Source of the DNA: Cycas panzhihuaensis
Taxonomy: Eukaryota; Plantae; Cycadophyta
NCBI GenBank assembly: GCA_023213395.1
Contig: CM041465.1
Location: 107,081,741-107,145,740 of the forward strand
Length of the DNA: 64,000 nucleotides
Reading direction: 5' to 3'
Positions 52,690-64,000 of this stretch are shown piece by piece. Within the stretch, counting starts at the first letter, position 1, and every line of letters starts with the position of its first letter. The translations under genes and the position numbers were made by a program. Below the pieces are notes generated by a model. That model searched no databases, was not told the DNA's origin, and saw only the letters and a list, made by a program, of their open reading frames with translations.

Positions 52690-53459
52690 GGTTCTTTGTG
52701 CTCCAATATTATGTCTCTTTTCCTTGCTTGTAACTCCTATAGAATGCAATCGAAAAGGTTAGGGTAGGGATTCAAGGTACACATTGGTTCCATTGCTAGG
52801 TATCCAGAATTGGAAAAGAATGAGCAATTGAGGATGAAGGAGTAAGAGGGAATTGTCCATGCCACTAAGGGTCAACTTCGTAAGAAGGGTTGAGACTAGG
52901 CAAGAACAAAGTCAATGGTGGGAGGCAGAAAGAAGCCAGGAGGGCACCTGCAAACCCAAATAACTAGTTGAAAGGAAGTAGGTCAGAAGGAGACATATGA
53001 AGGATAGATGAGAAGAAAGTCAGACCCTATGGGGATAAAGAAAAGAAACCAAAGAAAAAGAAAGTGAAGGAAAAGAAGGTATAGAAAGAACCTAAGAAGA
53101 AACCCAAGAATTGCACATGGAAGCCCTGAAGTGGATAGAGGACAAAGACCTTGAGAGCATAGAAGAAGAGAAAACCAGTTCAAAAGAAGGAAAATTAGTA
53201 AGTTTGGAAGTAGTAGCACCATCATAGCAGGGTGGGATTACTATCTTGTAGAAATCAAGTACTCCTATTCCCATGTACTGAACCCACTTTATAGTAAGAT
53301 AACAGATATGTTTTTAGGCTCAATGTTGTTGGGAGGAAGGCTAGAAAGCGCAAATAATATTCCCTCGAATCAAGGGATGAGCAAATGTGGAGGAATGAAC
53401 TCGACAATTCTAGTAAGAGGTGCAAACAAAATTGCACAGGGCATGCCAATGCCAATAGG

Positions 53460-56400
53460 ACCGACAAATCAAGCATAAGGAAATGTGACTGGGGGAGGAA
53501 ATAAGGTAAATCCTCTATATATAATAGTTGAAAATGATGCTATGCTTGGGCATTTATAGTTTGATGGCTCAAGAGACCCAAGAGACCATCTGGCCTTATT
53601 TTCTAATATGCTGAAAATTAAGAAAATTAAGGACCTAGATGAAATTAAGGCACAATTCTTCTCAACACTATGGGGAGTAGCAATAGCATGGTACCAACAC
53701 ATGGAAAAAATAAATCCAATATGGGAGGTGGTCCAAACATAGTCTAGATAGGTTCCAATGATTGTGGGATCCTATGTCTATTTTTCAAGCCCTAGAAGAA
53801 ATTTGACAAGTGCCAGGTGAGTCTGTGAATGATTTCAATGATAGACTCCAGATTATCATGAATAAAATAGATCTTGCTATAGCCATTAATCCGATGTTAT
53901 CTTTGAAACATTTTGTGCAGGGGTTGTTACCCCATTTAAAAGAAAAGATTATTTTTCATCTAATGAATAACTATGAGCAAGTCAGGGGCTTGGCTTTGTG
54001 CTTTGAAAACCAAATGAGAATGGGTTATTTGCATACGAGTATTCAGAATGCTGGGAAAATGAGTGTGTCCTAATGGTTAACAAATCCTAAAGTAGAAGCT
54101 TTGAGAAAGGAGGTGGAAATGTTACAACAAGCCTATGTTGTGCTTCCTGGTACAAGCCAATAAAATGAGGAAATTGAGAAATTAAGGGCTAAAATAGCCA
54201 AATTAAGAATAGGGAAATCCTAGGAAAACATTTAGTGCCCTCCTCCCTGTGGACAACTAGGCCATTTTAAGAATGAACATCAGTAAGTGGGAGAAAGGTG
54301 ATGGTGTGAAATCTGCAAGAGAGGGAACCATCATATGTGGGAGTGCTATTACAAAACACCAGTAAGGGAGTCATTCTACCAAAGAAAGGAAGGTAATTCC
54401 TTTAAGTAGTATAAAGGAGAAACCAAACCAGTTCGTTGTCATCTGTGTTCGAGATGGGGATACTTTTGAACAAACTTCCCACTGCAAAAACAAGAAGGAT
54501 ATTACATCTGTGAGGAATGTGGTCTGGTAGACCACGAATGGGCAAACTACCCAAAGAATCCTAGTTTGAAAGTATAGACTTCCAACCTGGTGACAAAGGT
54601 TTCAGACAAGGAGCAGCCAGTTTATATCTAGACAAGAGGTGGAAAAACCACTGCCATGCCAGTTGCTAAAATTTTTTGTAACCTAAAAGTTGCAAAGAGG
54701 AGACTATAAGAAGCTATGCAGGCCCTATAGAAGGCAACAAAGATAGTGCAAAAGGAGGAGATAAAACAAGCCAATAGATTCAAAGGCCAAGTTTATCATA
54801 GGCAAATGACATTTCATGAAGAAGAACTTGAGAAGAATCCCTGGTAGAAGATATAAGAAATGAAGTGATTATTGACTGAGATAGGAATCTATTTTCCTAT
54901 TTCTATCAATTTCAAGTGGTGGGAGGCCGGCTACTTTCAGTAGGCAATCTTGGATCAAATTGAAAAACCTGTGTTACAAGCATTGAAAATAGATTCAATT
55001 GACCGTAAGGTTCCTATGACCCTTTTTCGTACAACAATTTGCAAAACTATTGTAGATGGTGGGTCAGGAGTAAATGGACTCCTAGAGACTACATGGATTT
55101 CATTGGGACGACGATAAATGGTTTCCTCAGATTATGTGATTAGACTGGCTAATCAATTACAAGTTAGACTGATGGGGTCTTTGTTGAACATTCGAGTCAC
55201 AGTTGTAGGGATCATAGTTTGTTTACATTTTACAATTTTCATGATGCAAAATCACAACAAGGTATATCCAACACTTCTGGGAAGACTGTGGCTGCTTGCA
55301 ACAAAAGCATTGTAAGATTAGGGGAAATTGACTTTCACCTTGCACATTGCAAGAAAGAAAATAGTGTTACACCTTTGTTCGGATGGGCCTCATATCGAAA
55401 AAGTTGAAGATGTAGATATAACATCTATAACCAATGTTTCATCAGCCACTACAACCAATCCCTATTCAAAGACAACATTTCAAGATTTGAAAACTCCTCC
55501 TCATCTTTCAAGTGAGGCATCATTAACTTATTTATTAGACTGGCTACAAACAACATGGGAGGAAATGGGTGACGTGTCTTCCAACTGTTATCAATTAGAG
55601 CTGTGCCCAGATAAGCAACGACAGGATCAAAACAACATAGGTAAGCTTATATCTCACAATGAGGAAAAAGGTGAAATCGAAAGTCATGTAAAAGATTCTC
55701 TTTCTAATAAAACACAAGATTATTAGTTGTACTTGTTGCCTGATAATAAGACATGAATATAATATGATTGAGAATATTCATTTCAAAATCTTTCACCTAC
55801 CAAATTGATGTTAAGGCCACAAAATGTTTCCCCCATTGGGGAAAGGAATTGCTATCAATTATAGAAATAAGATAAAGTCCAGAATTTTCCTCAAGCATAT
55901 TTTGTCACAAAATATGGTTAGAAGGAAATCTGCCAGACCCCAACCTATGGGCTAAATCCAGATGGAAAGACAATTCAAAAGAAAGAACTTCATTTAAAAC
56001 AAATTAATATAGGAACTAAAACTGATCCTAAATGGATAAGAGTGGGGGAATACTGGGAACCAGAAGTTATGTAGTAGGTAGCAACACTCTTCTGTGAATA
56101 CAGAGATGTGTTTGCTTGGTCCTATAAGGACTTGAAGGGGATTCCCTCAAAAGTAGGAAAGCATGAAATCAAACTGCTAGAAAATGTAAAACCTGTAAGG
56201 TAGAGGCCCTACAGGATGAACCCTCGGTATAAGGAACAAGTAAAGTCAGAATTGGATAAACTATTAGAAGCGTGATATATTTTTGAGGTGGAAAATAGTG
56301 AGTGGGTAAGCCCAGTGGTGGTAGTACCCAAAAAGAATGGGAAGTTACAGGTATGTGTTGATTACATGACCCTAAACAAAGGCACTAAGAAAGACCCATT

Positions 56401-58761
56401 TCCAATTCCTTTTACCAAGTACATATTGGAAAAAGTCACAGGGGACGAGGTATTTTCATTCACTAATGGGTTCAGTGGATATAATCAAGTCTAGATAGCA
56501 TTTAAAGACTAATTGAAGACCACATTTACCACAGAATGGGGCACTTATACCTATAGAGTAATGTTGTTTGGGCTAACCAACTCCCAACAACATTTCAAAG
56601 AATAATTCTGAATATATTCTATGAATTGATAGGAAAGGCAATTGAAGTGTTTTTGGATGACTGGACTTTGTATAGTTTGTTGAAAGATCACTTGTTCCAA
56701 TTAAGACTAATGCTAGAAATGTCTAGGAAAAATAGATTATGCTTGAATCTAGACAAATGTACCTTTATGGTACCATTTGGATCCTTGTTGGGTCATATTG
56801 TCTCAAAGGAAGGATTGATGACAGATCCAACAAAGGTGGAGATAATTCTAAAATTTCATGTTCCTCAAAACCTAAAGAATCTTAAAGGATTCTTGGGAAT
56901 AACTAGATATTACTAGAAATTTATAAGGGGGTATGCTCAAATTGTCTATCCCTTGAAATCATTGCTAAAGAAGGCAAACAAATGGGAATGGATGATGAGA
57001 CAACAATTGTCCTTTAATGCTTTGAAGAAAAGGATAGTAGAAGCCTTTGTACTTAGATTTCTGGATTAGAAGAAGCCATTCCATGTACGTGTGGATGCCT
57101 TGTTGTACGTGATTGGATGCATATTGGCTCAACCTGCTAATGAAAAAGTAGATCTTCCCATTGCATTTGAAATTTAAAATTTGTCATCAACTGAATGTAA
57201 CTATATAATTATAGAATGAGAGAGGCTTGGCATGATTTATGCCTTGTAAAAAATTTGTCATTATTTGTTGGCTAACCTATTTGTATTCTTTGTTGACCAT
57301 CAGGTTCTGCAATATCTCATCAATAAGCCTATCCTCCATAGAAGGATTAGTCATTGGCTAATGCTTTTTTAGGAGTTAATGTTTAAAATTATGGTAAAAA
57401 AGGGGGACAAACATGTGATACCAGACCAACTATCTAGGATAAAGAAAGGAGAACCAGGTACTGGAATATTTGATGACTTTCTAGACCATAAACTATTTTC
57501 CATTGAAGTTGTTCCATCTTGGTATGAGGGGATTACAGAGTATTTGTCCACGGGACAAACACCTAAAGGATTAGAAAGTGCAGAAAGAAGAAGTTTTATC
57601 AAGAAAGCCTTTTCTTTCCAACTCATAGGTGGCATGTTGTATAAAATGGTGCTAGATGAAGTGCTGAGGAGATGCATATTGCAACATGAAGTGCAATTAA
57701 TATTGAGAGAGGTACACAAGGGAGCAGTTTCAACTCATCATGGGAGTGAAGCCACGGCTCGAAAAGTTTTATTACCAAGACTATGGTGGCCAAATTTATT
57801 CAAAGATGCTGAAAAATGGGTAAAAACCTGTGACATTTGCCAGCGAACAGGTAAGCCCTCTAAACAGAACTATCTACCCCTACATCCTATCTTAGCCCAA
57901 GTGCCCCATTTGAAAAATGGGGGCTAGATTTCGTAGGACCAATCAACCCTCTGACTTGTAAGGTATATATTGGTGACCATAGATTTTCTAACAAAATAAA
58001 TAGAAGCCAAACCAATGAAGAAATGTGATGCAAGGAGTACAGCCTAATTTTTATATGAAGTCATCATAGTAAGGTTTGGTTGTCCCCTGGAGATTGTATC
58101 AGATCAAGGAGGGAGTTTTTTGAATCAAATAATCAAATATTTGACCTCAGAGCTCTTAACACAGCATAGTAAATCTTCACCATACTACCCCAAGGCGAAT
58201 GGACAGGTTGAAAGTATGAATAAAATCTTGAAGATAACCCTGATGAAAATCTGTAATGTAGACCAGACATATTGGGTAGAAAAGTTACATTCAATTCTTT
58301 GAGCAGATAGAATGATGGAGAAAAGGTCGCATAAACATACTCCATTCCAATTGGCATACAGGTTGTAAGCAGTGGTTCCTTTGGAATTTCAGGCAGAAAG
58401 CCTATGAGTGGCATAACAACTAAGGCTGGAACTAGAAATTTCTTATAATCAAAGATTGATTTAACTGACGAAGTTAAATGAGACATGAGCTCGAACCCTA
58501 TGGGAGCTCCAGGTAGAGAAAAGAAGATGCAAGGCCTGGTATGATCGACATCTGAAGAAACCTGAATATAAGGTAAATGAATTAGTTTTACTATATGATA
58601 GTAAATTTAAAATGAAATCAGGTAAGATGAAAATTAGATGGTTAGGTCTTTATAAAGTCATTTACATCTATGAAAATGGAGCAGTTAGGTTAGAGCAGTT
58701 AGATGGTCAACCATTGACCAAGTTGGTCAATGGTAGCAGGACAAAATTATACAAAACATTA
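53460..58761 (+). pseudogene. pol: Gypsy-C gag-pol, decayed
   Basis: FDGSRDPRDHLALF; three knuckles; PR TIVDGGSGVN; RT DVFAWSYKDL and VFLDDWT; RH HVRVDA; INT zinc finger HHG...CDICQR, YYPKANGQVE and IRWLG. Confidence 0.95.
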
Positions 58762-58910
58762 AAAAAAAAATGAGCATAAAGAACTGAGGGGACAAGATCT
58801 CTACTTAGAAGGAGACATTCAGAGAATTCAACAAGGATAAAGTCAATGGCGTGATAGTTGTGTTTATTAAAAGTAATAATGAATAAATAAGAAAACAACT
58901 GGTATTCAAC

Positions 58911-59211
58911 TGTAACAAACCGTTACACCAAAACCCCGAGGTGTTAGTGAAGACCACCCAAGTGTGTAACAATACCTCCCCCACAAGGCATTGACGTCCC
59001 GGCGACCCACTCTTGGTGACCCACACTTGATAATTTCGCGCCCCATCGGGCCCCGGATGAACACTACTATGCCGGCGTTCTATCGAGGTCGTCCCCTCCA
59101 AGGTCGTCCCCTCCGGGACTCGAACCCGTGACCTTGGCTCTGATACCACTTGTAACAAACCGTTACACCAAAACCCCGAGGTGTTAGTGAAGACCACCCA
59201 AGTATGTAACA
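58911..59211 (-). mobile_element. TRIM / SMART-type miniature LTR retrotransposon, 301 bp
   Basis: 61-bp LTRs (58911-58971, 59151-59211; 1 mismatch); perfect TSD TCAAC; Met PBS TGGTATCAGAGCC 59136-59148; PPT GGGGGAGGTAT; no ORF. Confidence 0.97.
59116..59170 (-). promoter_or_regulatory. Putative tRNA-type RNA polymerase III promoter (A box 59160-59170, B box 59116-59126)
   Basis: TGGTGTAACGG, 33 nt, then GGTTCGAGTCC on the minus strand. Confidence 0.6.
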
Positions 59212-59629
59212 TCAACTACCAATGGGCGGTGTGACCACCTCAAGCAAAGATACAATGAAATCATGATGGAAAGATATGCAACAACCATAACTAATTATCA
59301 GCGGTGTGGTGTGACCACCAATGCGACAACTACCAAATGATGTTGGGAAACATGTAAGTGACTGGTGAAGAAATAACCGATGGCATGGTGCATACTTAGT
59401 GTGACCACTGTGAGGAATGATGAGACTTGTCAATTCAAATAGAATGTCACCATTTGGTAAGAGGGATATGGTGCAGCGATGGAAAGTTTAAGAAAGAGGG
59501 TTGAGATGGCAATTAAAACGGAGCATCGCAGGATTGTGAGCAGTAGGGAAAGCGACGCACAAGGATGACGAAGATAATTCTATTAAGGGAAAACAATGAT
59601 CCTTGGATTTATGTAGAATAGCAGTTCAT

Positions 59630-61213
59630 GGGAGATAAAGACATGCAAAAAAAATTAATGACAGAAGCAGGACTTCATAAATATATATTGGTTAGACCTT
59701 CCCATGCACAACAAAGTTTATGAGTATGGTGACCTCGTTGATAGTAGTGCAACTGGAGACGTTGCGAATCTCTGAAGACTCGATAGTAGCACTCACTGGT
59801 CTTCCCAAGGATAGAGAATTTATGAGAAGAGATAACCAAATAAATAGGGAAGAAGTGACAAGGTAGATTGGAGCAAGTGAGAAGGATGCCTCCACTTTAG
59901 GAATTCAGATTACAGGGATCCAGTGATCGGAAAAAATATTTCTAGCACATTTTATTTTCTCCAGGGTTATACTAACCTAGAAGAATTTGTTCGTACCTAT
60001 GAATCTTAGAACTATGATGAATTAGGTAGCACAAGGGAAGCACTATAACTGGGCGAACTTTGTAGCGGGACGATTATTGCAGAATCTGCAAATGGTGTAG
60101 GAGACGGTAAAGTCTATTACCTTTTATCACGTGACAATTCTGTAAGGATTATTGATTGTTCAATGACCAAAGATAGTAATGCCTGAACTAGGAGAGGAAT
60201 AGGCACCCCTAGCCTATTGGACCAGTGGTGGTATTAGCGAGGAAAAATGGACAAAAATCTAGAGTAAGGTCCAAGAATGGGTACAAAAGTGATATCAATA
60301 GAGGACACTGGTGATTAAAATTAAGGAAGAGGATGAGAATATAAAAGAAAATTCTCAGGCGGAAATCTCTTAGGGAGAGATAGATAGTAAGAAGGAAGAA
60401 CCTCTCCAAAGGGAGGTAGAAAAAGAGAAAGGGAAAAGGAAATAGGAAGAAGAAAGCAGTAAACAATAGGAGTATGTAGAAAGTGAGTTCGAAAGACAGA
60501 AAAGGATAAGACTGGCCTGGGAAAAAAGAAAACAAGAAGTTATAGAGAAAATTGAATACCAGTGATCGGAGGTGGAATATAACATGAACAAGGAAATACT
60601 CGAAGAAGGATTCAATCCTAAAAAATATGACCTGCAAAATATGTTTGGATGGAAGACATCGTTTCTAGCTTGAGTAACTAGACAACTGGTCATGGAGTTG
60701 GAAAGTAGAACCAAACCAGATGAAGAATCACTAAAAATAATTCATCAGGTGACCAAAGAAAAATTAGAGTCCTTAAAGAAATTTGTGTTGGAATGGATAG
60801 ATGATGTTGATGAGGTCACCCCTCAGCTACAAAAATTCAAGGAAAGGTTCAATCAATATATTCCAGAAGATATGCAGCCTGTTTATTATTGGCTGGGTGC
60901 ATGGATCCTGAAGTCTTACGAAGAATTAGAGTGTTGTATGAAGCTGTGGCAGGAGATGAATTCATACTAGTCAGAATTAGAATTTTCTCAGAGATTAAAT
61001 TCGGAATTGATTGAGGAAATAGAACAATTGCATTAAGGAGAATTGCCTACGCTTCCACAACTAAACATAATGCAAGATGTAGCATTATTATGTAAATACT
61101 TGAAACAAAATGGTTTGAGGTTACCTCCACACATTGCTAGACTTGATATGGAGTATATTTGTAGAGAAAGAGCAAAGATCCGGGAGGCCCAGTTGAGAAA
61201 TAAAGGAAAGTGA
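59630..61213 (+). pseudogene. Gypsy-C 3' accessory ORF (plant-transposon accessory domain plus long coiled coil), decayed
   Basis: LRISEDSIVALTGLP...NWANFVAGRLL followed by an E/K-rich helix and ORF 60692-60970. Confidence 0.55.
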
Positions 61214-61303
61214 GAAAATTTTAAGGGGAGGATAAGAAGGAGGAGAATTTTTTCTTGAAATTTAAATGAGCATGTTACTCACTTAAAATAGTCGTAGGAG
61301 AGA

Positions 61304-61833
61304 TGTGTATAGCCAAAGAGGCAACTGTTATTTTGAGGAAATAAATAGGTGCAACTAGGCTTTAAATAGGTACGACTAAGTGCAAGTAGATACAACAAGT
61401 TGCTGGCAGGTGCAACCAGATCACAATAGGTGCAATCAGATTTCCAGCAAGTGCAACTCAGGTAGCATTTGGTGCAAGTAGGGCAGCAGCTGATGCGAAT
61501 TAGGTTAGCATTAGTTATGTATAAAGTAAAATGATGATAAATAATGATCATTACATCAAGTACTTGTACCTATAGATAGGAAATATAAATAAAGTTATGG
61601 CAAGAAGAAGGGGGCGTATTGTATTGTATTTCTATATACTCCTGTGAGTGTCATCCAACTATGACCTTTTGTACACTCTTCATGCTTATGTCTAGTTGTG
61701 AGAGGACCAGATGCAGGACACTTTTGATAATGGAAGTTTGGTTCTTTGTTCTCAAACATTGTGTCTCTTTTCCTTGCTTGTAACTCTTGTAGAATGCATT
61801 CGAAAGGGTTAGGGTAGGGATTCAAGGCACACA
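61304..61833 (+). repeat. Gypsy-C 3' LTR
   Basis: Preceded by a short PPT (AGGAGAGA); contains few 21-bp units. Confidence 0.95.
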
Positions 61834-61838
61834 ATTAG

Positions 61839-62339
61839 TGTGCCCTTATATTAAAAAGATTCTTAAATTGTTGGAGCATGAGGCTGTTAGGGGTGCTCTC
61901 TAAAAGTTCCCAAGCTTTCTTTATAGTCCTTCCCATACCCTTTACATGAACTATAAGGACAAGCTCAGAATTGTTAGTGGATAAAACGATCAAAATTGAT
62001 TGAAATGACCAAAAGTGAACAAAATAGGCCCAAAAATGACCAAAATGACCTAGAAATGGCCAGAATGGCCCCACAAATGGTCAAAACAACCCAAAATGGC
62101 TAGAACGATCCTAAGAATGGCCAAAACTATCCCAAGAATAGTTAGAATGGATGTGTTTTCAAAAGAAATGCAACACAGTTTGAAATGCACAAAAGAGAAT
62201 GCATGGAATACACATCTAGATCAAAGTCGTACATTCCAAGTTTGCTCATATCATTAGTGGACATGTTTTCGTACGACTGTATGGACATAATAAAGTGTAA
62301 TGAATGAATGTTTAGTGGAATCACAATGAAAGGGTGCTT
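61839..62339 (+). mobile_element. Old Copia-like element, continuation after Gypsy-C
   Basis: Resumes after TSD ATTAG; faint protease-like remnant (AW..HLD..TFQVC) at ~62195-62240; AAAATGRCC short repeats at ~62000-62140. Confidence 0.5.
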
Positions 62340-64000
62340 TGTTATGAAATGGAATGGTTGTAACTACAAGTCACAACCATTTCCCAAAAGACATGTAAAT
62401 GGGTATTTATTGATTATTTTCCCACCATTTTGATGCAAGAGCCAAGTTATTCATTCCTATGGCATGTGCTCTAAGGTGACAATCGAGTTCATGAGTCTTA
62501 TGATATATTTCCAAGTGTGAGAGCTAAGTATTTCAATCTTGTGTCATGTTCTCAAGGGTGTGAGAATCAATTTATTATATTGGATGATATGGCTTTGTAT
62601 GGAACACATATTAAACGTTCCTTCCTAGTGATGTATAGATATTGAGAGTGATACTATTTAATGAATTAATGAGTTATGTGGATATACTATGTATCTTGTG
62701 CATGATAATTGTTAAGTTATGAATTTATATTAATATATTGATTGATATATAATATCGTGGTGATGATACATGATGATGACTTGATGTTATGATGTCTGTA
62801 TAAAGAGTGATAACATGACTATGTTGACTAAGCACTAATTAGACTATCAAATAGTGACTTCCTTAACAAGTGTACTTTCATAGGGTGAAAGCTATAAGTC
62901 AACATTGGTTTCATTGTCTACATCCACTAAGGAGGGCCTGGGCTAAAGTTTTACCAATATATTATGTTCAAAGACCAAGGGATCGTGGTTGTCATCATGA
63001 TGGCAGGCTGTAACTAAGACTTTGATAGTCAAGGGACCTTCCAATGCTACCAAAGAAGCTTTTGAAGGCAGAAGAGGCATCAAAACAAACTTCACCTAAA
63101 GGAGTAGCATAATTAAGCAGACAAAGGGCTTTAATATGGTCTAAAGAGGCAAAATTGAGAAGGGCTAGGAGGTTAAACCTAAAAAAAAAATGAAGAGATT
63201 AAGGGATAGTCCGTTGAAGGGTCTAAGAGAAGTGGTGTCCAAACACCACAAGAACAAGAAATAGAAAGACATGGAGATCAAATGGTGATAACACCTTCCC
63301 AATTGAATTTGATATATTTAACTTGAAGAAGAAAGAAGCCTTAAAAGAAGAAATTTTATAATGTAACAATATTTCAAAAAAAGATGAAACCCTAGGGAAG
63401 GAGGAAGAAATGTGGATTCTACTTTGAAGGACCTAAGTGATTTAAGAAAAAGGTGGAGGAAGGTCCCTCAATATGTTGGGGGAATTATTTGACAAAATAA
63501 TTCTTTAAGGATTCATCAGATAAAGGGTTTGAGCAATCATTTTTTATAGTGACATCGTTAACAATGCAAATACCAAGAGTGTCGGGGCTTATCCATTTGA
63601 AGGCACCTTTCAAAAATCCTTTGTTTGGAAGGGAGTGTTGGGAGAAGTACACCGAAACACCATTAAAACATAGTATAGTAGGAGAGGGATAGATACCTCC
63701 AAAACAAGAAACTGTGCCACTTAAATCCCTAGGGGTACGAAGTGCATCACTAAACTTTCCAAAAATGGATGACTTTAGGGAATTTGGCAAATTAATTTTC
63801 AATGATACATTAGATGCTTTTGAACATGTCTATCTTTTTCAAAATTTAGTAGATATAAAAAAAGTTTACATGTATTAAGGCAAGATTTGCATGTACATTA
63901 AGGGGGGTACCATCGGCATGGTACAAGGAGTTGGATAAATCAGAAACATGGGAGAATGTGAAGAAGCAATTTGAAGAATGGTTTCAAACATTTCACAACA
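62340..64000 (+). mobile_element. Ty3/gypsy element (Gypsy-D), 5' LTR ~62340-62904, PBS, leader and gag start; runs off the window
   Basis: LTR end AAGTCAACA plus PBS TGGTTTCATTGTC. Leader and gag are homologous to Gypsy-A (DSTLKDLS, REFGKLIFNDT, SAWYKEL). The LTR start is tentative. Confidence 0.85.

Larger units (their letters stand above)
44591..52783 (+). repeat. Gypsy-C 5' LTR, copy 3 (44591-45101 plus 52690-52783), split by Copia
   Basis: Sequence resumes after TSD GGTTC; PBS at 52785 leads into the real internal domain. Confidence 0.9.
42936..61833 (+). mobile_element. Ty3/gypsy LTR retrotransposon (Gypsy-C) with triplicated 5' LTR cassette and nested Copia and TRIM
   Basis: Perfect TSD ATTAG (42931-42935 / 61834-61838); LTR ends TGTGTAT...GGCACACA; gag-PR-RT-RH-INT order. 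Confidence 0.95.

Noticed and set aside
59095-59180. tRNA gene or SINE
   Set aside because: It has A/B boxes and a T-arm but no pairing acceptor stem or proper anticodon loop, and it overlaps the LTR and PBS of a TSD-bounded TRIM.
58805-59215. 136-aa ORF with an internal repeat
   Set aside because: Chance read-through of the GC-rich TRIM; the repeat is the two LTRs.
60209-60714. Hydrophobic membrane-protein or env-like ORFs (also 52983-53225)
   Set aside because: Antisense translations of purine-rich, E/K-coding retroelement sequence.
1-64000. Host protein-coding, rRNA or prokaryotic genes
   Set aside because: All recognisable coding motifs are transposon-derived. Small exons in unassigned gaps (1-1190, 29700-30610, 40570-42250) cannot be excluded by eye.

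Overview
AT-rich, CpG-depleted eukaryotic heterochromatin, almost certainly from a large plant genome. The retroelement families suggest a gymnosperm or fern, but that is inference. No intact host gene was found: nearly the whole window is nested transposable elements. (1) A minus-strand L1-type LINE (~1.2-29.7 kb) is split into four pieces by three Ty3/gypsy insertions: Gypsy-A 3736-13765 (+), a chromovirus-type element 15098-21057 (-) and a non-autonomous Gypsy-B 21602-28532 (-). (2) A hAT DNA transposon (30620-40561, TIR plus 8-bp TSD) carries two degenerate LTR elements. (3) An old Copia-like host (from ~42261) contains Gypsy-C 42936-61833 (TSD ATTAG), which holds a young Copia (45102-52689, TSD GGTTC) and a 301-bp TRIM (58911-59211, TSD TCAAC). 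The host also contains Gypsy-D, which runs off the window end. Most notable: (a) two extra capsid-N-terminal-domain-like modules in frame between protease and RT in Gypsy-A; (b) a tiny TRIM whose 5' LTR/PBS junction assembles a tRNA-type Pol III A-box/B-box promoter; (c) a Gag-PR-Gln-rich-linker-integrase-C-terminus derivative lying near its full-length relative; (d) a triplicated LTR+PBS cassette. All translations and alignments were done by eye; boundaries supported by TSDs are the most reliable.
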